64,000 nt of DNA, taken from positions 24,162-88,161 of the forward strand of contig JAYGCM010000017.1 in NCBI GenBank assembly GCA_046583355.1, given 5' to 3'. Below, piece by piece: positions 29,602-38,415 of this stretch. Position 1 is the stretch's first letter. Every line of letters starts with the position of its first letter. A program made the position numbers and the translations under genes. The notes beneath the pieces are model-generated. The model worked only from the letters and a program-made list of their open reading frames with translations. It was not told the origin of the DNA and did not search any database. This stretch comes from Deltaproteobacteria bacterium (GTDB lineage: Bacteria; Desulfobacterota; Binatia; UBA12015).

Positions 29602-31264
29602 AAAGAAGCTCGCCATAGAGCCGGTCGCGGAAGGGGTCGTCGCCGACGCGCCGGTAGGTTTCGAGGAAGGTTTCTTCCGGGGATTCCCGGAGTTCGACAT
29701 AGGCCTTGAGGGCCTTCTCCACCGCTGGCACGATTTCGTCGCGCGAGAAGGCGCGGCCGAGGATGCGGCCCAGCGAGGCATCGTGGTCGGCCGAGCCGCC
29801 CAGCATCAGCTGGTAGGCCTCCTCGCCACGTTTGTCGATGCCGAGGATGCCGATGGTGCCGACATGGTGGTGGCCGCATGCGTTGATGCAGCCGGAAATC
29901 TTGAGGCTCATCTCGCCCAGGTCGTCGAGGAAGTCGATATCGTCGAAGCGTTGGCGGATTTCCTGGGCCAGCGGGATCGAGCGCGCGTTGGCGAGGTTGC
30001 AGAAGTCGAGTCCCGGGCAGCAGATGATATCCGTGAGCCGCTTATGGTTCGGGGTGGCGATATCGAGGTCGACCAGGGCCTGATGAAGCGTGCGTAGCTG
30101 GCTCGTCTCCACATCCGGCAATACCAGGTCTTGGCTATGTGTGACGACCAATTCGCCGAAGCCGAATTTCTCGGAGAGGTCGGCGATGGCGTCCATCTGC
30201 ACATCGCTGACATCGCCCGGAGGCGAGTTGCGTGATTTCAGCGTCAGGACGACGGCGCTGTAGCCATCGTGTTTATGCGGCAGGACGTTGTTGCGGGCCC
30301 ATTGGCCCAGCGCGCCCTCCTCGGCGCATAAGGCGGTCAGCTCTTCCTCTGAGGCGGGCAGCTCGCGCGTGGCATGTGGCGTGAAGAAGGCCTGCATCCG
30401 CGCGACCTCGGCGTCGGTGACGCGCAGGGAGGAGTCGCGGATCTCGGCCCATTCTTCCTCGACCAAGGCAGTGAATTCCTCCACGCCCAGGGCCTCGACC
30501 AGGATCTTGATCCGCGCCTTGTAGATATTGTCGCGTCGGCCGAGTTGGTTGTAGACGCGCAGGATCGCGTCGAGATAGGAGATCAGGTCTTCGCGGGGCA
30601 GGAAGTCGCGCACCAGCTTGCCGACCTTCGGTGTGCGGCCCATGCCGCCGCCGACGAAGATACGGAAGCCGAGATCGCCCTTGTCGTTGTGCACCATCTG
30701 GATGCCGATATCGTGTAGGCGGATCGCGGCGCGGTCGCTATCGGGCGAGCCGGTAAACGAAATTTTGAATTTACGCGGCAGGAAGGCGAACTCCGGGTGG
30801 AAGGTCGACCATTGCCGGACCATTTCGCAATAGGGACGCGGGTCGGCGACCTCGTCTTGCGCGACACCGGCCAGGTGGTCGGTGGTTGTGTTGCGGATGC
30901 AATTGCCGGAGGTCTGGATGGCGTGCATCTCGACCTCGGCGAGGTCGTCCAGGATAGCGCAGACGTCTTCGAGTTCCGGCCAGTTGAATTGCACGTTCTG
31001 GCGCGTGGTGAAATGCGCGTAGCCGCGATCGTATTTCCGTGCGATATGCGCCAGCGTGCGCATCTGCGCGGCGGAGAGCAGCCCGTAGGGAATGGCGATC
31101 CGCAGCATATAGGCGTGCAGCTGGAGGTAGAGTCCGTTTTGCAGACGCAGCGGCTTGAACTCATTTTCCGTGAGCTCGCCGGATATGCGGCGCTTGACCT
31201 GGCCGCGGAATTGGGCGGCGCGTTCGCGCACCAGGCGACGATCTTCTTTTGAATATTTGTACAT
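29585..31264 (-). CDS. cysI: Siroheme nitrite/sulfite reductase hemoprotein
   Basis: PLRLQNGLYLQLHAYMLR, HFTTRQN, TSGNCIRN, CPGLDFCNLAN, KISGCINACGHHH. Confidence 0.93.
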   Translation of the reverse strand: MYKYSKEDRRLVRERAAQFRGQVKRRISGELTENEFKPLRLQNGLYLQLHAYMLRIAIPYGLLSAAQMRTLAHIARKYDRGYAHFTTRQNVQFNWPELEDVCAILDDLAEVEMHAIQTSGNCIRNTTTDHLAGVAQDEVADPRPYCEMVRQWSTFHPEFAFLPRKFKISFTGSPDSDRAAIRLHDIGIQMVHNDKGDLGFRIFVGGGMGRTPKVGKLVRDFLPREDLISYLDAILRVYNQLGRRDNIYKARIKILVEALGVEEFTALVEEEWAEIRDSSLRVTDAEVARMQAFFTPHATRELPASEEELTALCAEEGALGQWARNNVLPHKHDGYSAVVLTLKSRNSPPGDVSDVQMDAIADLSEKFGFGELVVTHSQDLVLPDVETSQLRTLHQALVDLDIATPNHKRLTDIICCPGLDFCNLANARSIPLAQEIRQRFDDIDFLDDLGEMSLKISGCINACGHHHVGTIGILGIDKRGEEAYQLMLGGSADHDASLGRILGRAFSRDEIVPAVEKALKAYVELRESPEETFLETYRRVGDDPFRDRLYGELLYADHS

Positions 31265-31273
31265 CTGTAGTCT

Positions 31274-32851
31274 CTAGATGGCGCCTTTGCCGTCGGGGCG
31301 GCGTAGCCGGGTGCTCGGCCCCTGGGCACGGAGTTCTTCGCGCGCCGAGATCGGCAGGATGCCCTCGGCGGTGCGGGCGGCCTCGAAGCGATAGGGTTCG
31401 GTGACGACGGCCTGGGCTGCCGCTACGATATGGAGCCGGGCGTCGGCTTGCGCGGCGTCGGCGAATGCCTCGGCCTCCTGGAGCTTGGCCGCCCATGAGC
31501 CGTCGGCCGCCAGATAGACGACCGAGCCTTCCTGGGTGCGGTTGCCCGTGATCACGAAGAAGGGGTCCTGATGCAATGCCATGGAGGGAGTTTCGTCTTC
31601 CGCTCCCGCCTGTGCAAGTTCGGGCGCGGCCACGGCCGTGGCAAGGTCGACAATGCGGAAACCGCCGAGGAGAAAAACCGTACTCACGGTGGTCAGGGTG
31701 CCGGCTGCGGCCACGGCCAAGGCGGCATGAGTGCCGATCCAGTCGAGCAGGGCGCCGAAGAGCGGTGCGCCGATCAGGCCCGAGGCGCCCATGAAGCCCA
31801 GCGTATATACCGAGAGGACGCGGCCGCGGTGGCTGGCCGGGGCCTTCTCCTGGAAAATCGAGCGGCCGGCGTTCATGAAAATCGCTCCCGATGTGCCCCA
31901 GAGCACCACGCAAAGCAGCGTCGCGTAGAAGGGGATTCCCGCGGCAATGACCAGCAGGCAACTGGCGCTGAATGCCAGAGCCAAGCCCTGAGCCCGTCCT
32001 TTACGGCGGATGCCACGGCGCAGGACGATCATCGAGCCGGCGATCGTGCCGAGCGGAAACGCCGTATTGATGAGCCCGAGCTCGCCGACACCGCCGCCGT
32101 AGTAGTTTCGCACCAGCACCGGCATCACGACGATATAGGGGCCGATCGCGAAAATACCGACCGAGAAGGCGAGCAGGAAGGGGATCCGCAGCACGGGTGT
32201 GCGCAAAACTTCGCGTAATCCGCCCAGAACGGCGTGCAGAACCGGCTCGGCGGCTCCCTGCCGGATGGCGCGCGAAGCGGGCAAGAGGATCAACAAAGGG
32301 ATGCCGCCGAAGAGCAAGGCGGCATGCGCTACGATCACCACCTCGATGCCGACAAAACTGGCCGTGGAGCCGATCAAGGCACCGACGGCCTGTGAGCCCC
32401 ATTGCGCCAGCAGCAAACCGGCCACCGCGTTGGTCAGGTCGCGGTCGGTCATATCCGAGAGCATCGAGTCGCGCGCCGGCATGATGAAGGCCTGCACCGT
32501 CCCGGCCGCCAAGGCGTAGGCGATCACCACACCGAGTGTGAGTCCGCCGCTTGCCACGACACCCAGCAGGGTAAGGGAGAGAATGCCGGCGGCTACGCAA
32601 AGGCCGATCAGCAGGCGGCGGCGATCGACCAGGTCGGCGATATGGCCGCCGATGAGCACGAAGAAAAGCGAGGGGACCATGAGCGCGCTCTGGGCTGTGC
32701 CGACCCAGATCGGGTCGGCCTTGAGTTCGAAGACCACCAGAGCCGAGAAGATGACGCCCTGCAGCCCGACCGAGGCGAAATAAAGCGCCGCTGCGGACAT
32801 GAAGATCGGGTAGGGGCGGCGCGCCGGCATCCATGCAACTTGCTCTGCCAT
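31274..32851 (-). CDS. MFS transporter fused in frame to a C-terminal DUF2849-like domain
   Basis: MFS motif GHIADLVDRRRLL and about 12 TMs; last ~100 aa (31274-31582) VITGNRTQEGSVVYL..DGSW...AEAF...VVTEPY...PISAREELRAQGPS. Confidence 0.8.
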   Translation of the reverse strand: MAEQVAWMPARRPYPIFMSAAALYFASVGLQGVIFSALVVFELKADPIWVGTAQSALMVPSLFFVLIGGHIADLVDRRRLLIGLCVAAGILSLTLLGVVASGGLTLGVVIAYALAAGTVQAFIMPARDSMLSDMTDRDLTNAVAGLLLAQWGSQAVGALIGSTASFVGIEVVIVAHAALLFGGIPLLILLPASRAIRQGAAEPVLHAVLGGLREVLRTPVLRIPFLLAFSVGIFAIGPYIVVMPVLVRNYYGGGVGELGLINTAFPLGTIAGSMIVLRRGIRRKGRAQGLALAFSASCLLVIAAGIPFYATLLCVVLWGTSGAIFMNAGRSIFQEKAPASHRGRVLSVYTLGFMGASGLIGAPLFGALLDWIGTHAALAVAAAGTLTTVSTVFLLGGFRIVDLATAVAAPELAQAGAEDETPSMALHQDPFFVITGNRTQEGSVVYLAADGSWAAKLQEAEAFADAAQADARLHIVAAAQAVVTEPYRFEAARTAEGILPISAREELRAQGPSTRLRRPDGKGAI

Positions 32852-32880
32852 GCGGCTATGCGCAACTACGGCCGCACCTC

Positions 32881-33009
32881 CAGGATATCACCCAGGTGCA
32901 GCACCCGGCCGTCAGGGCCCTGGAGATCAAGATCTCGCAGGGGGCCAAGCCCGGCCACGGAGGCATGTTGCCTGGCGCCAAGGTCGTGCCGGCGATCGCG
33001 TGGGCGCGA
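32881..33009 (+). pseudogene. Fragment of an FMN-binding glutamate synthase family gene
   Basis: HPAVRALEIKISQGAKPGHGGMLPGAKVVPAIAWAR is the GltB FMN-domain signature; only about 40 codons fit between the flanking genes. Confidence 0.8.
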
Positions 33010-33047
33010 GCGGATGCTTCGCGCTTCGCTATCCGCTTACGCTCCGA

Positions 33048-33890
33048 TCAGAAAAGGTTGAGTACGGCGACGCCAGCGACGACGACAAGCGAGGCAAAAA
33101 TGCGGCGAGTGCCCAAAGGCTCGCCCAGGCGGAACGCCCCGATCAAGGCGGCCATGACGACGCTGGTCTCACGCAGGGCCGCGACCGGTGCGACATCCAC
33201 CTGTGAGTAGGCCCACAGAATGATGGTGTAGCCGAAGCCGGCCATCAGGCCACCGATAAACCAGGTGGGGCCATTGCGGCGCAGGGCGGGGCCGAGGCTT
33301 CCGCGTCGCGTCACCAGAGCGTAGATCAGAATCGGCAAGGTTTCGCCGACCTGCAGCCAACCGACATAGCCCAGAACATCGGGCGCCGCGCGTACGCCGA
33401 TGCCGTCGAGTAGAGAATAAGTGACGATCAGGAGCCCGGTGATCAGCGACCAGGCAACCGCGCGGCGGCTCTCGGGGTGTTCATGCGGACCGGTGGCGAG
33501 GATGAAGATGCCCGCGCTGATGAGTGCTACGCCGGCTCCGTCGGCCCAGCTGAGGTGCTCGCCAAGCAGCGGAATGGCAAGCAGGGCAATCAGCAAAGGC
33601 GCGCTGCCGCGGGCGATCGGGTAGACTTGGCTCAGATCTCCCAGGGAGTAGGAATGGACCAGCGCGAAGAGGTAGACCGAGTGCACCAGGATGCTCGTGA
33701 GCAGCCAGGGCCATGCCTCCCAGGGGAAGGTTCCTTGCGAGGCCATCAATAAGCCGAAGGTGCCCGCCCCCAACATGATGATCGCCTGGGCGAGCATCCG
33801 GTCGCCACTGGTTTTCACCAAGGCATTCCAGCTGGCGTGGAGCAGGGCTGCGAGCAGGACAGCGGCGGCAACGCCGAGGGGGAGACTCAA
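33048..33890 (-). CDS. EamA/DMT family transporter
   Basis: AALLHASWNALVK, GDLSQVYPIARG, VAALRETSVV. Confidence 0.9.
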   Translation of the reverse strand: MSLPLGVAAAVLLAALLHASWNALVKTSGDRMLAQAIIMLGAGTFGLLMASQGTFPWEAWPWLLTSILVHSVYLFALVHSYSLGDLSQVYPIARGSAPLLIALLAIPLLGEHLSWADGAGVALISAGIFILATGPHEHPESRRAVAWSLITGLLIVTYSLLDGIGVRAAPDVLGYVGWLQVGETLPILIYALVTRRGSLGPALRRNGPTWFIGGLMAGFGYTIILWAYSQVDVAPVAALRETSVVMAALIGAFRLGEPLGTRRIFASLVVVAGVAVLNLF

Positions 33891-33893
33891 TGC

Positions 33894-34667
33894 CTAATTT
33901 CCGGTCGCGGTGGCGTGCGCTGCTTTGTCGCGCCAGCCGTCGAGGTGGGCGCGAATGATGCTCTCGACACGCGCGATGGTTGCGTCCGGAGTCTCGCCGG
34001 GGATGCGTTCCAATGGGGAGCCGGACCAGAAGCGTAGCTGCACGCCGAAGGGCACGGGCATGGCGTTGTGGAGCATCAGGCGCCAGGAGTTTTCCAGGCA
34101 GCAGGGGACGATCTTTGTCTCGGGTGCAAGCTTCAGGAGAGTCTTCAGCCCGGCCGGTTTGAAGGGCTTCATTTCGCCGAGGCGCGCGCGGGTGCCCTCG
34201 GGAAAGATCACCGCCGAGACCTCGCCGCGCGCCACGCGCTCGCCGAGTTCGGTGATGACGGCCACGGCGCTGCCGCGATCGTCGCGGTCGATCAGCGGGT
34301 GGCGGCCGAGCTTGAGGTTGGCCGAGATCCCCGGAATCCACTCGGCGAGCTGCTTCTTGGTGATGTATTTGCCGTTGTTGGTCGGGAAGGCCCACGCAAA
34401 GAGCGGGATATCGAGCATGCTCTGGTGGTTCGAGACAATGATATAGGATTCGTTCTCGCGAATATCCGGGGAGAGGTCGGCTTGCAGGGTGGCGCCGGTG
34501 ATCCGGTAGGTTGCGAGCAGTTTGCGCTGCATGGAGAGGGCGACGCGCTCGACCGCATGGAGGCCGAAGAGCGATGCCACTCGCAGCACCACGTCGTAGA
34601 TCAGCAGGGTGCCGATGAAGGCAGCGGCGAAGGGGATCGAGAGCACCCAATCGAGAATGCGTCGCAT
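33894..34667 (-). CDS. 1-acyl-sn-glycerol-3-phosphate acyltransferase (PlsC family)
   Basis: SNHQSMLD, IFPEGTR. Confidence 0.9.
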   Translation of the reverse strand: MRRILDWVLSIPFAAAFIGTLLIYDVVLRVASLFGLHAVERVALSMQRKLLATYRITGATLQADLSPDIRENESYIIVSNHQSMLDIPLFAWAFPTNNGKYITKKQLAEWIPGISANLKLGRHPLIDRDDRGSAVAVITELGERVARGEVSAVIFPEGTRARLGEMKPFKPAGLKTLLKLAPETKIVPCCLENSWRLMLHNAMPVPFGVQLRFWSGSPLERIPGETPDATIARVESIIRAHLDGWRDKAAHATATGN

Positions 34668-34755
34668 ATTCCCTTTCTCTCTCGCATTCCCGGCCCCTGT
34701 TTCCAATGCCGAGAGGGTCTTGCACTTTTCGGCTCCGGGTCTAGAACGCAGGGAG

Positions 34756-36198
34756 ATGGATGCTCTGGATCTTCCTATGGGGCTGGTCGCCTTCGTGAAG
34801 CGCGACTGTCCGACCTGCGAGACGGTCGCGCCGGTATTGGCGCGTCTCGCCGCCCAAGTGGGGCTTAGGGTCTACACGCAGGACGACGTCGCTTTTCCCG
34901 AGGGAACCGACCCGATCGACGACACGGCGCTCGATTTCTCTTTTCACCATGGCATCGAGATCGTTCCGACCCTGCTGGAGGTCGGCGAGGGTGGCGAGGT
35001 GCGCCGTCTTGAGGGCTGGCAGCGCGAGGAATGGCGTTCGTTTACTGGGGTCGCTGACCTCGGCGCGGATCTGCCCGATTGGCGCCCCGGCTGCGGCTCC
35101 CTGAGTGTCGACCCGATGCGCGAACCCGAGCTGCGGCGTCGTCACTCCGGTTCGAAGCTGCAAGCGCGGCGCATCGAGATCGCGTCGGCCGAAGACGAGA
35201 TGGAGGCGCTTTTCGCGCGTGGCATCACTGACGGGTTGCCGGTTGTGCCGCCGAGCGAAGCGCGAGTGTTGGCGATGCTGGAGGGAACCAAGCGCGCGCC
35301 CGATGAGATCGTCGCCATCGTTCCGCCGGATCTCGCTCCGGCAAGCGTCGAGAAGGTGGCGATCAACGCTGTAATGGCGGGCTGCCGGCCGGAATATCTG
35401 CCAGTGGTGCTGGCCGGGCTCGAGGCCATCTGTACCGACGAGTTCAATATGCACGGGGTGCTCGCGACCACGATGCCGGTCGCGCCAGTCTTTGTGGTTG
35501 GCGGCCCAATTGCCGCGCGGATCGGCATGAATGGCGGGCTCAATGTTTTCGGCCAAGGCAACCGCGCCAACGCGACGATCGGTCGGGCCGTGCAGCTTGT
35601 GGTGCGCAATATCGGCGGCGGCCGGCCCGGCGAAGTCGACCGCGCGACCTTCGGTCAGCCCGGCAAGCTGAGTTTCTGCTTTACCGAAGGCGAGGACTCG
35701 CCCTGGGAGCCTTTGGCGGAGAGCCTGGGTGCCAAGCCCGGCGCGGACACGGTTACGGCCTTCTGCGGCGAAGCGCCGCGCAGCATTGTCGACCAGTTGG
35801 CGCGGGACCCGGACGCCCTGGTGGCGACCTACGCGGCCTGTCTGCGCACGATGCACCATCCCAAGCTGGCCGTTGGCTTCGACGCGATGCTCGCGATCGG
35901 TCCCGAGCATGGCCGCGTTTTTCGCGCGGCCGGCTGGGACCGCGCCCGGCTGCTCGAGAAACTCAGCGCCGCGTCCATGATTCCCGGTACCGAGTTGATG
36001 CGCGGCGCGGGTGGGATGGCCGAGGGCTTCTCGATTCCCGCAGCGCAGGCCCGTGAGTTGCAACTTCCCAAGGTCCGTCCCGGTGGCCTGCATATCGTTT
36101 ATTGCGGCGGCGGGGCCGGTCTTTTTGCTGCCGTCATCGGTGGTTGGTTGTCAGGCGACGCCGGAAGTGTTCCGGTGGTACGAGAGATTCGCCCATGA
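34756..36198 (+). CDS. Thioredoxin-fold (CPTC) protein fused to the UGSC-associated domain
   Basis: VAFVKRDCPTC, IEIVPTL, RPGCGS, TDGLPVVPP, VEKVAINAVMAGC, GNRANATIGRA; GGGAG RBS before ATG 34756. Confidence 0.8.
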   Translation: MDALDLPMGLVAFVKRDCPTCETVAPVLARLAAQVGLRVYTQDDVAFPEGTDPIDDTALDFSFHHGIEIVPTLLEVGEGGEVRRLEGWQREEWRSFTGVADLGADLPDWRPGCGSLSVDPMREPELRRRHSGSKLQARRIEIASAEDEMEALFARGITDGLPVVPPSEARVLAMLEGTKRAPDEIVAIVPPDLAPASVEKVAINAVMAGCRPEYLPVVLAGLEAICTDEFNMHGVLATTMPVAPVFVVGGPIAARIGMNGGLNVFGQGNRANATIGRAVQLVVRNIGGGRPGEVDRATFGQPGKLSFCFTEGEDSPWEPLAESLGAKPGADTVTAFCGEAPRSIVDQLARDPDALVATYAACLRTMHHPKLAVGFDAMLAIGPEHGRVFRAAGWDRARLLEKLSAASMIPGTELMRGAGGMAEGFSIPAAQARELQLPKVRPGGLHIVYCGGGAGLFAAVIGGWLSGDAGSVPVVREIRP

Positions 36199-36716
36199 AG
36201 AATGATCGTAGTTTTCTCGACCCACGCAACGAGGCCGTTGCCGCCCCGCGCCCGCGTACGGCGAAGCTCAAAGGCTTGCATGGCGCCAAGGTGGGGCTGC
36301 TCGATATCTCCAAACCCCGCGGCGATATCTTCCTGACTCGTCTCGAGGAGCGCTTGCGCGCCGAGGGCGCCGAGGTGCTGCGCTTTCGCAAACCGACCTT
36401 TGCCAAGGTCGCGCCGGTCGACCTGCGCCACGAGATCGCGGTGCAATGCGACGCCGTGGTCGAAGCGCTCGCCGATTGAGGATCCTGCACGACATGCAGT
36501 GTGCATGACTTCGCAGATCTGGAATCGAGAGGCGTTCGCGCCACCTTTATTGCCTCGGCTGAGTTCGCCGATGCGGCCGCCGTGCAGGCTCGCGCCTTGG
36601 GCGTCGAAGACGCCGGTATTTTCGTTGCCCACCCGATCCAGGACCGGACCGACGAAGAGATGGTCGCGTTGGCCGATCAGGCGCTGGCGGGGATCCGTGC
36701 CGCGCTTTCCGACTGA
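36195..36716 (+). CDS. UGSC-family selenoprotein; TGA 36477-36479 read as Sec (U95)
   Basis: ATGA overlap with upstream stop. Read-through gives CDAVVEALAD-U-GSCTTCSVHD..LESRG...HPIQDRT. SECIS-like hairpin follows. Confidence 0.9.
36480..36520 (+). promoter_or_regulatory. Bacterial SECIS-like element 2
   Basis: Upper stem CATGCA(36493-98)/TGCATG(36502-07), loop GTG 19 nt after UGA; lower stem GAT(C)CTGC/GCAGATC. Confidence 0.8.
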
Positions 36717-36797
36717 AGGCTTCTCGTTTGTGCGCCGGCTCTCTCCGGTTCTCCTGCTGCGCCGGCGGCCGTGAGAAATCCTTGCCGAATACCTAAG

Positions 36798-38330
36798 ATG
36801 AAGTCCATGGGAACGATCCGGCGCGACGAGTTCATCCAGGCCATCGAAGACGGCCTGCAATTCATATCCTTTTACCATCCGCGGGATTTCGTTCTGGCGA
36901 TGCGCGACGCCTGGGAGCGCGAGGAGAGCCCGGCAGCCAAAGACGCCATGGCGCAGATTCTCATCAACTCGCGCATGTCGGCCGAGGGGCATCGCCCTAT
37001 CTGTCAGGATACGGGCATCGTTACCGTCTTTGTTCAGGTCGGCATGGATGTCCGGTGGGATAGCGATCTCACCCTTGACGAGATGATCAACGAGGGCGTG
37101 CGACGCGCCTATACCAACGTCGATAATCCGCTACGTGCTTCCATCGTTTCGCCTCCCTATGGCGAGCGCAAGAATACCCGCGATAATACGCCGGCTGTCA
37201 TCCATACCGAATTGGTCCCGGGCGATAGTGTCGATGTGATTGTCGCGGCGAAGGGTGGCGGCTCGGAGAATAAATCGAAATTCACGATCCTCAACCCGAA
37301 TGACAACCTGGTCGATTGGGTGCTGGAGATGCTGCCGAAGATGGGCGCCGGCTGGTGCCCGCCGGGGATGCTCGGCATCGGCATCGGCGGTACGGCCGAG
37401 AAGGCGATGCTGCTGGCAAAAAAGGCATTGATGAACCCGATCGACATCAAGGATCTGCAGGCCCGCGGCGCGCAGAGCCCACTCGAAGAGCTTCGCCTGG
37501 AGATCTTCGACAAGGTCAATGCGCTCGGCATCGGGGCGCAGGGCTTGGGCGGCCTGACCACGGTGCTGGACGTCAAAATTCTCGACTACCCGACGCATGC
37601 GGCGTCCTTGCCGGTTGCGTTGATTCCCAATTGCGCGGCCACGCGTCATGTCCATTTCCGGGTAGATGGTGAGCACGCAATCGAGTTGCCGCAGCCGAAG
37701 CTCGAAGATTGGCCGGAGATCGATTGGGATCCGAAAGCAACTTCGCGTCGTGTGCAACTCGACGGCCTGACGCGCGAAGAGGTCGCGAGCTGGAAGCCGG
37801 GCGAGACGCTCTTGCTCAACGGCAAGTTGCTCACCGGTCGCGATGTCGCACATAAGCGCATCGCGTCGATGTTGGCGAGCGGCGAAGGCCTCCCCGATGG
37901 CCTCGATTTCAACGGCCGCTTTATCTACTACGTCGGCCCGGTAAATCCCGTAGGCGACGAGGTAGTCGGCCCGGCCGGCCCGACCACCGCCACGCGGATG
38001 GACAAATTCACCGATATGATGCTCGAGGAGACCGGGATTCTCGGCATGGTGGGCAAGGCCGAGCGCGGCCCGGCGACGGTGGCGAGTATCAAGAAGCACG
38101 GCGCTGCCTACCTCATGGCTGTCGGCGGTGCGGCCTACCTCGTCTCCAAGGCGGTCCGTGCCGCACGCGTGGTTGCCTTCGAGGACCTCGGTATGGAGGC
38201 GGTCTACGAGTTCGATGTCGAGGATATGCCGGTGACCGTGGCCGTCGATGCACAGGGTGAGTCGGTCCATGTGACCGGCCCGGCGACCTGGAGAAAGTTC
38301 ATCGACGCGCTCCAGCGCGCGGCCGAATAA
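36798..38330 (+). CDS. Class I Fe-S fumarate hydratase
   Basis: PICQDTG, AKGGGSENK, GWCPPG, PNCAATRH, GPAGPTTATRM. Confidence 0.95.
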   Translation: MKSMGTIRRDEFIQAIEDGLQFISFYHPRDFVLAMRDAWEREESPAAKDAMAQILINSRMSAEGHRPICQDTGIVTVFVQVGMDVRWDSDLTLDEMINEGVRRAYTNVDNPLRASIVSPPYGERKNTRDNTPAVIHTELVPGDSVDVIVAAKGGGSENKSKFTILNPNDNLVDWVLEMLPKMGAGWCPPGMLGIGIGGTAEKAMLLAKKALMNPIDIKDLQARGAQSPLEELRLEIFDKVNALGIGAQGLGGLTTVLDVKILDYPTHAASLPVALIPNCAATRHVHFRVDGEHAIELPQPKLEDWPEIDWDPKATSRRVQLDGLTREEVASWKPGETLLLNGKLLTGRDVAHKRIASMLASGEGLPDGLDFNGRFIYYVGPVNPVGDEVVGPAGPTTATRMDKFTDMMLEETGILGMVGKAERGPATVASIKKHGAAYLMAVGGAAYLVSKAVRAARVVAFEDLGMEAVYEFDVEDMPVTVAVDAQGESVHVTGPATWRKFIDALQRAAE

Positions 38331-38415
38331 GGGCATCTCGGAGCGGGGCCGCGTTGCATGCGGTCCGGCTTGCTGCAATCTCGCGACCCTGCGGGCCTTT
38401 GTTAGATAATGACCC

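Noticed and set aside
32833..33210. 125-aa ORF as an intact glutamate synthase subunit
   Set aside because: Only about 40 codons are homologous; the rest overlaps the MFS and EamA genes antisense.
36501..36716. Separate 71-aa ORF
   Set aside because: It is the in-frame C-terminal half of the UGSC selenoprotein.
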